Origin: Amoeboradix gromovi X-113
Taxonomy: Eukaryota; Fungi; Sanchytriomycota
Direction: 5' to 3'
Assembly (NCBI GenBank): GCA_018985225.1
Contig: JADGIF010000457.1
Coordinates: forward strand, 1-8,196
Length of the DNA stretch: 8,196 nucleotides
Part shown: positions 1 to 7,986 of the stretch, piece by piece
How the letters are laid out: each line of letters starts with the position of its first letter
How positions within the stretch are numbered: position 1 is the stretch's first letter
Program-made: the position numbers and the translations under genes
Notes under the pieces: model-generated
Seen by the model: only the letters and a program-made list of their open reading frames with translations
Told to the model about the DNA's origin: nothing
Databases searched by the model: none

Positions 1-210
1 AAAATGCACCTTTTGCTTAGATGCTCAGAGACCTCATATATTTGAAAGAGATGTAGGTTCTTCTAGTTTTATTTTAAAAAGAGGAATACAATTAATGAAA
101 GAAAATTGGTATAATAGAAGAAGATCTTTTATTAATGATAGCATTCCTCCGTATGGAGCACCTCCTTTAAAAACGAGTTAGTCTAGTTTTTATATTTGGT
201 GTCCCACTTG
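1..210 (+). mobile_element. 3' end of a putative Fanzor/TnpB-encoding transposon, copy A (continues beyond window start)
   Basis: 1-206 aligns by hand to the reverse complement of 7930-8130 with about 11 substitutions and 3 small indels. Homology stops at ...GGTGTCCCA (206), or at ...CCCACTTG (210) if two mismatches are allowed. Confidence 0.7.
2..181 (+). CDS. C-terminal fragment of a putative Fanzor/TnpB-like RuvC nuclease (5' partial)
   Basis: Open frame KCTFCLDAQRPHIFERDVGSSSFILKRGIQLMKENWYNRRRSFINDSIPPYGAPPLKTS* (TAG 179-181). CxxC followed by RD-x(5)-IL resembles the Zn-finger plus RuvC-III motif (CxxC...RDxNAAxNI). Confidence 0.6.
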   Translation, partial: KCTFCLDAQRPHIFERDVGSSSFILKRGIQLMKENWYNRRRSFINDSIPPYGAPPLKTS

Positions 211-225
211 TGTTTTGTCGCTAAT
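147..225 (+). ncRNA. Candidate omegaRNA 3' scaffold plus guide, copy A (boundaries approximate)
   Basis: Nested stem: GGAGCACC (155-162) pairs with GGTGTCC (198-204) with one bulge, and TAAAAAC (168-174) pairs with GTTTTTA (186-192). The stem sits immediately before the variable flank. RNA function is inferred by analogy only. Confidence 0.4.
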
Positions 226-693
226 TAAATCTCAGATTATATAATGTTACCTATAAGTAGTAAGTGACTATGTCTCAATAACTATCATCTTTCTCTTTTT
301 TAATCTCTTAATACCATTAGAAACAAGGTGTGCAAAACAAGCATAGGCTGCTGGATTAAAAACTACGGCAACAGGATATTTTTGGATCGTTTCTCATCCT
401 ATAGTGTGTATATTGAATTTTTCTTGCATTATGGTTTGGTTCTGGTGCTCTTCTTCTGACACATCAAGGCATTTAAATCAACATACAAGAAAAAGATGAA
501 ATTCAGTGATTCGAGGCATTGTGCTTGGTTTCTTTAATAGATGAGATATTAGACACCAAATTTTATTACGGTATTCAATAAAATGCACAAGTCATTAAAT
601 TACTGTTAAGAAATGGTGAAAAGATCAAGTTAAAAAAAGAAATTATATTCTAACTGTTTTGCAAATCTCTAAATGAAAAAATATATGTTTATG

Positions 694-736
694 TAAAAAG
701 AATTTCGTTTAGTTTTTATAGCGGGCGTCCCAGATG
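694..736 (+). repeat. Third, diverged, ORF-less copy of the element 3' terminus
   Basis: TAAAAAGAATTTCGTTTAGTTTTTATAGCGGGCGTCCCAGATG matches the reverse complement of 7926-7968 at 34/43 positions without gaps, including the terminal GTCCCAGATG. Confidence 0.7.
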
Positions 737-1093
737 GACTTCAAAGCTATACAAGAAATGCAAAAAATTATTCTACTTAAGTTCAGCATTTTCAAATACT
801 TCTCGAAAAACAAACGTTTTTTCCTGTACTTTTGAGCGTTAAGAACGCTTTTACAACACCGAAGGGTTGAGTAGTCAATTATAACTTTTGGATATAAAAA
901 AATGCATTATTTAATATGTATCCAAGGCCTTTGGACCTGACAGTGGAATCCATATGAGCAGGGTTTATCATCAGGATCTGTCGAATCTTTTTGAACATGC
1001 TTCAGGGAGCCTTGCTGGAAAAAGACCAGGGAGAAAAGAGAGCAAGGCAGTAATGCCGCATAGCGTTGCGTTTAGATTCAAAATGTTTACTGT

Positions 1094-1360
1094 TCAGATG
1101 CTGAAGAGGTACTGCCAATAGTGCAGCGGTCTGAATTCACTAGATATGCAGCACTCTATAAACAGTTCGTACATCTCTTGAAGATCCATCACGTTCTGAA
1201 GTGCGCAGAGCTTACTCAGGTTCTCGTCTATGTGCGACACCTGGGCCTCTGAAAGACGCGAAGAGAGTATGGCATCCTCCATCACATGCAGGTATGAAAT
1301 TCGGTTCTCAGCGCTTTCAAAGCGACCCACGATATGAGTAGTAAGTTTCATCAGTGCCAT
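1094..1360 (-). pseudogene. Hypothetical 88-aa ORF, possibly the 3' remnant of a decayed gene
   Basis: Protein-like helical composition. Upstream sequence (to about 1700) has coding-like GC but stops in all minus frames. No family recognised. Confidence 0.25.
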
Positions 1361-2229
1361 TGTTTTATGTGCAATTTCAGAATGTTCTCAAATTATTGCT
1401 TACCAATAAACCGTATCGCAAATTCTACATGACTACCCCATCAGACATATCTCATCGCTTATTCGTTTGCCTCGATATTGCGTAATAGTGGTCCTCGACT
1501 CGTGATACATTTCAGAAGCCAATGGTAGAACCTTAGGGGTGCGGTGTTTTGCTGCTAATTTGGTGCTTTATTCTCCGTCGAATCTTTGGATTGGAAAGCC
1601 TTGCATGTGAGTGCTCTGCAAATGGTCTACTTGTCCAACTGGTTCCGTGTTTAGCAGAAGCTGATTCTGGCACAACTTGTGCAAGTGTGAAGTGATGGAT
1701 CCACTTTGGCTGTTCTAATCTGACACTGCCGCAGGAGTGTTTCTGTTATTGGGATCGTTGCATTTGGTACTCATCCGTTTTCCACTGAGCCTAGTGACAC
1801 TATCGCGGCTTCAAACCTTTATGCTCGGGTCCCCACAACTCTAGATGCTGCAAGAGGTTTTACGACGTAAGCAGTAAAGCACTCAACACCTCTGGCACCT
1901 ATCTGGAGAAAGATCTCGCTAGAATCATGGATAGCATGATCTACCGAGTGCTAAAATGTTGGGAACAAATTTATTGTTTAAAATATGGAACCCAATGCTT
2001 TGTTCTTGCTATCAAATCAGGAGATGGGATGCGCAGGTTTAGCCCATAAGCAGGTTTGACTACATCGTCGCAGTCCGACATTTTGCTTGGTAGTTTAGGA
2101 TCTGTCACAGTAGCTCTAAAAATAATCATCAATCGCAGCGGTTAATATTGGAGCATTACTGGTGTACAAGCAGTATACAAAGTATACGTGAAGAGTCCCG
2201 TTTATACAGTTACTACAACTCAAGAGAGC

Positions 2230-2918
2230 TATATGGGTTTGCGACGTAAGGAAACTGTCCTGGTATGGTAATTCCATCTAAGCGACAGGGAGCGCAAATT
2301 GATAGGCAAATTAGCAGGAATTCAACCTGTTAGACTGTTTGAAGTCAATTTCAAATAAAAAAGAGAAGTTGGCAGCGAGACTGGTATCGAGCAACACATC
2401 AGATTATTATAAGCTTCAATTCTGTATGTATTGGGTGGCAATGTGTTTGGAATACATCCTGAGATCATATTGTGCGACAAGTAGAAATTTCCAGAGCGTT
2501 GGGAAGCTCAGGGATAGATCCGTTAAACTTATTTGATCTCACATCAAAGTTATGTAAGTGTGATACGCAACATCAGGTAATACAGTTGCGAATGAACTAG
2601 TGTCTCTAATGGCTGGGGTAAGTATTCAGGTGTATATCAAGCGATGTTACTGTAGCTTAAGCCAGGTGAAACCAACATCCTCGGTATAGTTGTCACGTTT
2701 ATAATTCCAGAGAAGGCCAAGAGACAGTCTGCACGCGCTAATTATTGCAATAAATACCGCAGGTAGTGCAGCAGTCCAAATCAAAGTGATATCGCCATTT
2801 TAGAGTTATAGACACCCATATTCAGTCCTTCAGCAAGATTGATCAAGTCAGGACAGTCTACAAATATGGTGCAGAACAATGCTGCCAAGATGTTTAGTAC
2901 TGGCAGTTTGTAGACCAT
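2230..2918 (-). pseudogene. Decayed secreted/surface leucine-rich-repeat protein gene with plant-type LRRs
   Basis: Manual translation across frameshifts and stops: MVYKLPVLNILAALFCTIFVDCPDLINLAEGLNM (signal-peptide-like), Cys cap DCCTTCGIYCNN*RVQTVSW, GIINVTTIP, then NKFNGSIPELPNAL, NMISGCIPNTLPPN, AYNNLMCCSIPVSLPTSL, SNSLTG*IPANLPINLRSLSLRWN. These fit the LxxLxLxxNxLxGxIP consensus. Confidence 0.8.
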
Positions 2919-3495
2919 GAGCGAGCCGGACGCAATCTAGTTTTATAAATATTCCTATGAGCTGACTTGTTGAGAATCAGGGGCATACGATCAATATGGA
3001 AACATTAGCGATGAGAATACAGCCTGCAGTTAAAGCATAGCAATAAGTTAGTGATATCGCATATCCTGCTTACGCTCTTCTAGCTACCAGCAAATGATCA
3101 CTGGTGAAATGACAAGAAGGCAAAAATGCTGAACAAACAGTAAGAGCGCTCTTTTGCTAGCACTGTAGTGTCTCTAGATAGCCATGATCACATAGCAGTA
3201 CTGCTCATATCAATGAACATCTCGTGAAAACAAGTCTTGATAATGTTTACCAACTATAGCCAGGGACCAATTCCACGATTTCATAGTCTTGCGGTTATCA
3301 TGGGAATCTAATCTAATGAGTGGTTAGACAATTATGCTGTTTGGGATGTGGGCTACAGATATACAGCAGCTTTGGAATAGAAATTAATCACAAATAGTAC
3401 AAAACATGATATTACTACTCTGTTAGAAGGCATAGAACCTGCTAACTTATGCACTAAATGAGCGTTTCCTGTTTCTCAAAGCACTACATGCATCC

Positions 3496-3858
3496 TTATC
3501 TTCTGTTCCATTTCAAGATAACAAAATTGAAGAGTAACTGAGCCCTTTTATTCTCATCCACCCACGTTAATGCAAACTCAGCATCCAAGTCGTCAATTAT
3601 AGACAATGCTTCTGATATTGGATGAGTAGAGAGTACTTTGTGTGCGTATCGTGTGTCTGATTCGATATCTACATAGATCTCGCCATTGAACTGCAGGTTA
3701 CCGAATGGCTGCTTTTCGAATCCACGAAGTGCTAGTATGGACGAAAACCTGGTCATGGCGCCATCAATGACTGTGCTGCTGTAATCGGGACCCCTGTTTT
3801 TAAGCAGCTCGCAGTCCAAATCATCGGTCCCACTTGTGGACAGAAAAATACCACACAT
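3496..3858 (-). pseudogene. ASNSD1: Asparagine synthetase domain-containing protein (ASNSD1-like), N-terminal class II glutamine amidotransferase part only; apparently 3'-truncated
   Basis: Starts MCGIF (ATG 3858) and contains RGPD, LALRG..QP, FNGEIY, SDT and FAL motifs. Similarity is lost after ...WVDENK. No RDxxGRRSL or SGGxDS was seen downstream. Confidence 0.75.
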
Positions 3859-3949
3859 GGAGAAGCAGATGAGAAAAATGATAATTTCGCATTTACTATA
3901 GCATTGCTGTTTCTCATAACATGCGCACATAACACAGGTTCGCACAAAT

Positions 3950-4516
3950 TCAGTATTTCATCTTCATCTTGTACCGGAATTCCTCCTCCGAGGTAAGCTT
4001 GTCTTGGTCCCAGGCCGCGCTGTCGCCCCTGTTGAGCGCATTCGCTGGCACCACGTCAAAGATCTTTTGCATGGTGACAATCGGGTCCAGCTTGCCAAAT
4101 ATCAGCTCGGGATCAATGTTTTGTTGTTCCTTCAGCATCTGCCTCACACTCGGTGACTTGGCCCACTCAAGCACCCTAGCCGGACTCTCCTGCGAGTAGT
4201 TGCTGTCCTCAGGAAATGCCTTGTGCAATATCGAGGGTGTCTTGTTGCTCGGGTGCCTCTTCGGCATTGGCGTGCTTGTGGTAAAGGAGTTGCCATTCAA
4301 AAACTTGACGGGAGTCGAGGCTTCCACCTTTTTCTTGCCCAGATCGCCCATCTTCTGCATCAACCCATCAAACATGTTTTTGTCGGGTTTCAGCGTTTGG
4401 TTTATGATGTCATACATGGCTGCAGGAAGCGGCGGAAGCTCGACCGCGCAGTCTGGCTGCTCCGACTCGAATGCCTCAACTTGTACAAGGAATTCGATCA
4501 GATCTTCAAACCACAT
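3950..4516 (-). CDS. INCENP: INCENP/Sli15/Pic1-like chromosomal passenger protein with Aurora-B-binding IN-box, 188 aa
   Basis: C-terminus EWAKSPSVRQMLKEQQNIDPELIFG...MQKIF...RGDSAAWDQDKLTSEEEFRYKMKMKY matches the fungal-type IN-box. The linker is S/TP-rich. Start placed at MWFEDL (4516) to avoid overlap with the divergent gene. Confidence 0.85.
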   Translation of the reverse strand: MWFEDLIEFLVQVEAFESEQPDCAVELPPLPAAMYDIINQTLKPDKNMFDGLMQKMGDLGKKKVEASTPVKFLNGNSFTTSTPMPKRHPSNKTPSILHKAFPEDSNYSQESPARVLEWAKSPSVRQMLKEQQNIDPELIFGKLDPIVTMQKIFDVVPANALNRGDSAAWDQDKLTSEEEFRYKMKMKY

Positions 4517-4542
4517 ATTTGTTTCAAAAATCCTTGGAAAAC

Positions 4543-5199
4543 ATGGACTCTTACCTGACTGAGCAGAGCATACACCAGATGGAGACATTGTCCAGCCAGG
4601 ATGACATCAAGGCACATACTGAGGACAGCCAGAACAGCATAGCACCTGAGTCCTCCATCTCGCAAAAAGCACCACAAGAGTTCTTCGAAGAGGATGGTTG
4701 TTTGCAGGACATACGAGAAGAGAAACAGGTGGAGAGAGCTCTAGCAAAAAGAAAGCCAAAAAATGTGTTCCAGCTCACCTCGATAAAGGAGAACAAAAAA
4801 AGCAAGAGATGCAGAAAGAGAGAGGTACCGCAGATGGTGTCCCATAAGATTGGACCTCAGCGCCTGACAATGAAGAAAGGCGTGTTCCAGAGAGGAAAGT
4901 CCAGCAAAAAGAGATTTCTGGGCTTTCAGGAAAGAGACTTCCTGAGCTGCAACGAGGACGAAAGGCTGGGCCCAATGGATACAAAACCGCAATACCCAAA
5001 GACGGTGCCAGATGCTCGCTCGGTTCTCAAGACCAAAAGGCATGCATCTGCCACTCACAGTGCCAATCCTGGTGTTTCCACCGTTGATGATGGTGGAGCT
5101 CGGCTTCATAATGAGACCATCGACCAGATACTTAAGCACAACTTTGACCCGATAATCGATGAGCTAGACTCTTATCTTCCGGATTTGATATTTCAGTAA
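4543..5199 (+). CDS. Hypothetical 218-aa protein; hydrophilic, with K/R-rich NLS-like patches
   Basis: Longest ORF in the window. ATG at 4543 in an A-rich context (GAAAAC-ATG). It tiles between its neighbours without overlap. Confidence 0.7.
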   Translation: MDSYLTEQSIHQMETLSSQDDIKAHTEDSQNSIAPESSISQKAPQEFFEEDGCLQDIREEKQVERALAKRKPKNVFQLTSIKENKKSKRCRKREVPQMVSHKIGPQRLTMKKGVFQRGKSSKKRFLGFQERDFLSCNEDERLGPMDTKPQYPKTVPDARSVLKTKRHASATHSANPGVSTVDDGGARLHNETIDQILKHNFDPIIDELDSYLPDLIFQ

Positions 5200-5217
5200 A
5201 CATTGTATTTTTCAAAC

Positions 5218-5811
5218 ATGATAGACTTGGAGCGAGTAGCTGCTTTACTAGACGAGAACGTTGATTTCCCAAAAGCCAAAGTAGAGGAGGTGGATCTTGG
5301 CGAACTGGACTTTGTGATTCCACCAGTCAGGGTTCCATCGACGGTAGGATTAGAGTGTCTTGAATCCGATGTTGATATTGAGAAGTACAACGAGTTGAAC
5401 AGTGTACTTGGATCGATAGATGGCAAGCTAAAAGCTCTCAAGGATTATACTGATCGATGCCATCTTGTCGACAAACAGGTCCAGAGCATCCCGCAATCTG
5501 AGCTTGCCGTCTGCAAAACGTAAGCTGTTATGAACTGATGTAACACGCTCAATAAAGATCATGAACTCCTGACACAACTTTGTTCATATCTGCTAGACTC
5601 TAAGATTTTGACAGACCTGTTAACCCAATCAAGCGATTCAGAGTATAGAGAAGAGTGTCATTTAGAACTATTAATAGGCCCATTGGAATTTCATTCAATA
5701 ATCGATACGATAATGGTCACACCTTATAATCATATCAAATCATCGGAAGAGGCGAAAGAAGCATTTATATCGCTCAGAAAGGTTAAGATGGTTTTAGATG
5801 CAAATTTTTAA
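5218..5811 (+). CDS. Hypothetical helical protein; two same-frame segments (5218-5519 and 5544-5811) probably joined across a 24-nt intron-like insert, giving 189 aa
   Basis: ORFs 5203-5523 and 5608-5811 share a frame. The only stops between them (TAA 5521, TGA 5536) lie within GTAAGCTGTTATGAACTGATGTAA (5520-5543). Confidence 0.5.
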
Positions 5812-6260
5812 ATTAATAAATATTCACGTTAATTTATTATTGCGATGTCATTTACTCTTTTTCATCTAGCAAAGCTCAGTATTGAATTATTGAATCAATA
5901 ATTTCTCAAGTAATCTATACTTAACAAGGTAGTCACTGTTGCATGACTAAGCCCGGATATCCCTACAATCTTGATGTCATTTTTGATCGAAGAGCTCGCT
6001 GACTTAGTTTCTTCATCTTTGCTTTATAAATTAACGATTGTATCTTTGCTGTTCATAGACTGTTTTAGTTGTGATCAATAATATTGGAAAATTGTTAACG
6101 TTTATAATGTAGTGACTATAACTACATCATTTCAGTTCTAACTGTTCAACTAAAGCAGGACAAAGAAACGGGTATTGAGTGGAATTTATTGCTTTTGGCT
6201 CACATTATACGCTAAAGTCTCGGTTAATAATAAACAAATTAAGAATTCAATTCAGTTTGT

Positions 6261-6894
6261 TTATTGGTCGTTCCAGTTTAATCTCTTATTTTCTTTGCTG
6301 TTTCCATATTTCAATATCAAATCTGGTGAAATCGATCTAGTGGGCATATACACATTGCTTACTGTAGACTGGTTACAATATGGAGAATACTCTTGGAAAG
6401 GCTGCTGGTAGATACTCATCAAAACTGTAATTGGAGAAGCTGGTTTACCATAATTATGAATTGGAGCCATTATATGGTTATTGTTGACTAACGACTCATT
6501 AGCCATTTTTGTGTTTATTCTAAGCATTTGAGGCTTTATTTTTGAAGGCGAAAAGAGGTTTTGGACCATAGTTATATCCAGTGTCCATAAGGAGCCTTTG
6601 CCTTTAAGACACTTATCTGCTTTTGTAAAGCACTTCTGCAATGATAAATTATGACGAATTGAGTTTTTCCACTAAATTAATTATAACAGTTACTTTTTTA
6701 TCAATAGATCTATAATATGGGAATACTTCAAGTATCCATTCATATATCTTTCCTAATGATAATTTCAGTTCAGAGCTTTCCAGTAGGGCGTATCCAATTA
6801 ACTGAGCATATGAGTAATTTGGTCTTCCATCCGGACAATATTGAATTTTATTTGCATCCAGTCTATTGTTTATACGAATTTGATCCGGATCCAT
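6261..6894 (-). CDS. Forkhead-box transcription factor, 203 aa; exons 6894-6694 and 6671-6261
   Basis: RPNYSYAQLIGYAL...LSLGKIYEWILEVFPYY...KK|WKNSIRHNLSLQKCFTK...GKGSLWTLD. The complete forkhead domain is restored by removing a 22-nt GT-AG intron. Confidence 0.95.
6672..6693 (-). other. 22-nt spliceosomal intron, phase 0
   Basis: GTAACTGTTATAATTAATTTAG. Its removal restores the conserved WKNSIRHNLS helix. Confidence 0.92.
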
Positions 6895-6950
6895 TTATGA
6901 GGTAAAAGGGAAGTGGAATATTTATAAGGCGACGTATTGCGGGTAAATAT

Positions 6951-6956
6951 CACGTG
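6951..6956. promoter_or_regulatory. CACGTG E-box upstream of the forkhead gene
   Basis: Palindrome about 56 nt upstream of the ATG; the same motif occurs upstream of RPS14. Confidence 0.3.
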
Positions 6957-7037
6957 TTAGAACTACATCTTGGCCACTGACGTATCGGGTCTAAGAATAA
7001 AGAAACTAATTAGTAGAATAATGATTATTTTATTTGC

Positions 7038-7502
7038 CTACAATCTTCTACCACGTCTACCAGACTTCTTTCTAGTGCAGTCAGTTGGAAGTGGTGTAAC
7101 GTCTTCTATACGTCCGATTCTCATACCAGCACGAGCTAAAGCTCTTAAAGCACTTTGAGCACCCGGACCAGGTGTTTTTGGTCTGTTACCCCCAGTAGCT
7201 CTAACTTTGATATGTAACGCATTAATTCCTCTTTCTTTGCACAAGGCAGCAACATCTTGGGATGCCAACATCGCAGCGTAAGGGGATGATTCATCACGGT
7301 CTGCTTTTACTTTCATTCCTCCGGTAACTCTAGCAATTGTCTCTGCCCCACTTAAATCTGTAATGTGAACAAAAGTGTCGTTATAAGACGCAAATATATG
7401 CGCTACTCCAAATACATGTTCACCTTCTTTAACTCTTGGTCCTGTTGATGGAACTATTACTGTTGGTGCAGCATCTACAACTGGTGCAACTTCTGTGGCC
7501 AT
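7038..7502 (-). CDS. RPS14: 40S ribosomal protein S14 (uS11), intronless
   Basis: [23 protein letters not shown]...[20 protein letters not shown]...[15 protein letters not shown]...GRRGRRL* is the eukaryotic cytosolic uS11 signature. Confidence 0.99.
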   Translation of the reverse strand: MATEVAPVVDAAPTVIVPSTGPRVKEGEHVFGVAHIFASYNDTFVHITDLSGAETIARVTGGMKVKADRDESSPYAAMLASQDVAALCKERGINALHIKVRATGGNRPKTPGPGAQSALRALARAGMRIGRIEDVTPLPTDCTRKKSGRRGRRL

Positions 7503-7539
7503 GTAAAACAGGTTGGGTTTTTCCTATCAGTGGACAATA

Positions 7540-7545
7540 CACGTG
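7540..7545. promoter_or_regulatory. CACGTG E-box upstream of RPS14
   Basis: Palindrome about 37 nt upstream of the ATG. Confidence 0.3.
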
Positions 7546-7909
7546 CGAAACCCCTTTTAGGCAATTTGTTTTATTCTCAATTGATAAAATTCCAAAGAAT
7601 TGCAAGTTAAATAGAAAAGCTTGAAAGCATATCGACTTGCTGTTGGGATAAAATCATAAATTTACAAGCCCTGCTTAATTCTTGTCCTGTATACCAGAAA
7701 TTTAAGCTCATTGATCTAATTTCAACATGGATTCAGCTCAATGAATTAATCTGAGTTCAAGGGCAATATGATTCAAACGAGAAATATTTATTAAACAGAT
7801 TTATTTTAAACACAACCAAATTTGCTCATCTCTTTATATCGTTCAAACAAATCTTTTTGTTCTACCAACTTTTCTTATCTTTTAGTAAATTATATCTTAT
7901 CATACTGTA

Positions 7910-7986
7910 CTTTTGCAATCTTCTACATCTGGGACACCAAATATAAAAACTAGACTAACTCGTTTTTAAAGGTGCTCCATACAGAG
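7910..7986 (-). ncRNA. Candidate omegaRNA 3' scaffold plus guide, copy B (boundaries approximate)
   Basis: Same nested hairpin as copy A. The last 41 nt up to GTCCCA are identical between copies and are followed by a different flank. Confidence 0.4.

Noticed and set aside
268-475. Minus-strand reading that superficially resembles another Fanzor C-terminus (YRMR...FNPAAYA...GIKRLK)
   Set aside because: It needs a frameshift and has neither CxxC nor RD. At most an unidentifiable gene remnant.
560-655. Ankyrin-like snippet VIKLLLRNG on the + strand
   Set aside because: Too short and surrounded by stops; cannot be supported.
1387-1403. Possible 17-nt intron (GTAAGCAATAATTTGAG, minus strand) extending ORF 1094-1360
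   Set aside because: The GAG acceptor is weak, and the upstream frame meets a stop about 12 codons further upstream.
2339-2536. 65-aa + strand ORF
   Set aside because: Antisense to the LRR pseudogene.
3969-4562. + strand ORFs 3969-4199, 4200-4562 and 4223-4558
   Set aside because: Antisense shadows of the GC-rich INCENP-like CDS.
5196-5224. Possible 29-nt GT-AG intron fusing the 4543 and 5218 ORFs
   Set aside because: Splicing would put the downstream exon out of frame.
4551-5441. - strand ORFs 4551-4805, 4741-5139, 4775-4999, 5132-5323 and 5193-5441
   Set aside because: Antisense to better-supported + strand genes; no motifs recognised.
900-6260. Stop-codon reassignment as the cause of fragmented ORFs
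   Set aside because: TAG ends RPS14 and TGA ends INCENP at their conserved C-termini, and TAA ends the forkhead ORF. The broken regions also contain frameshifts.
6175-7624. + strand ORFs 6175-6411, 6717-6905, 6970-7158 and 7436-7624
   Set aside because: Antisense to the forkhead gene and RPS14.
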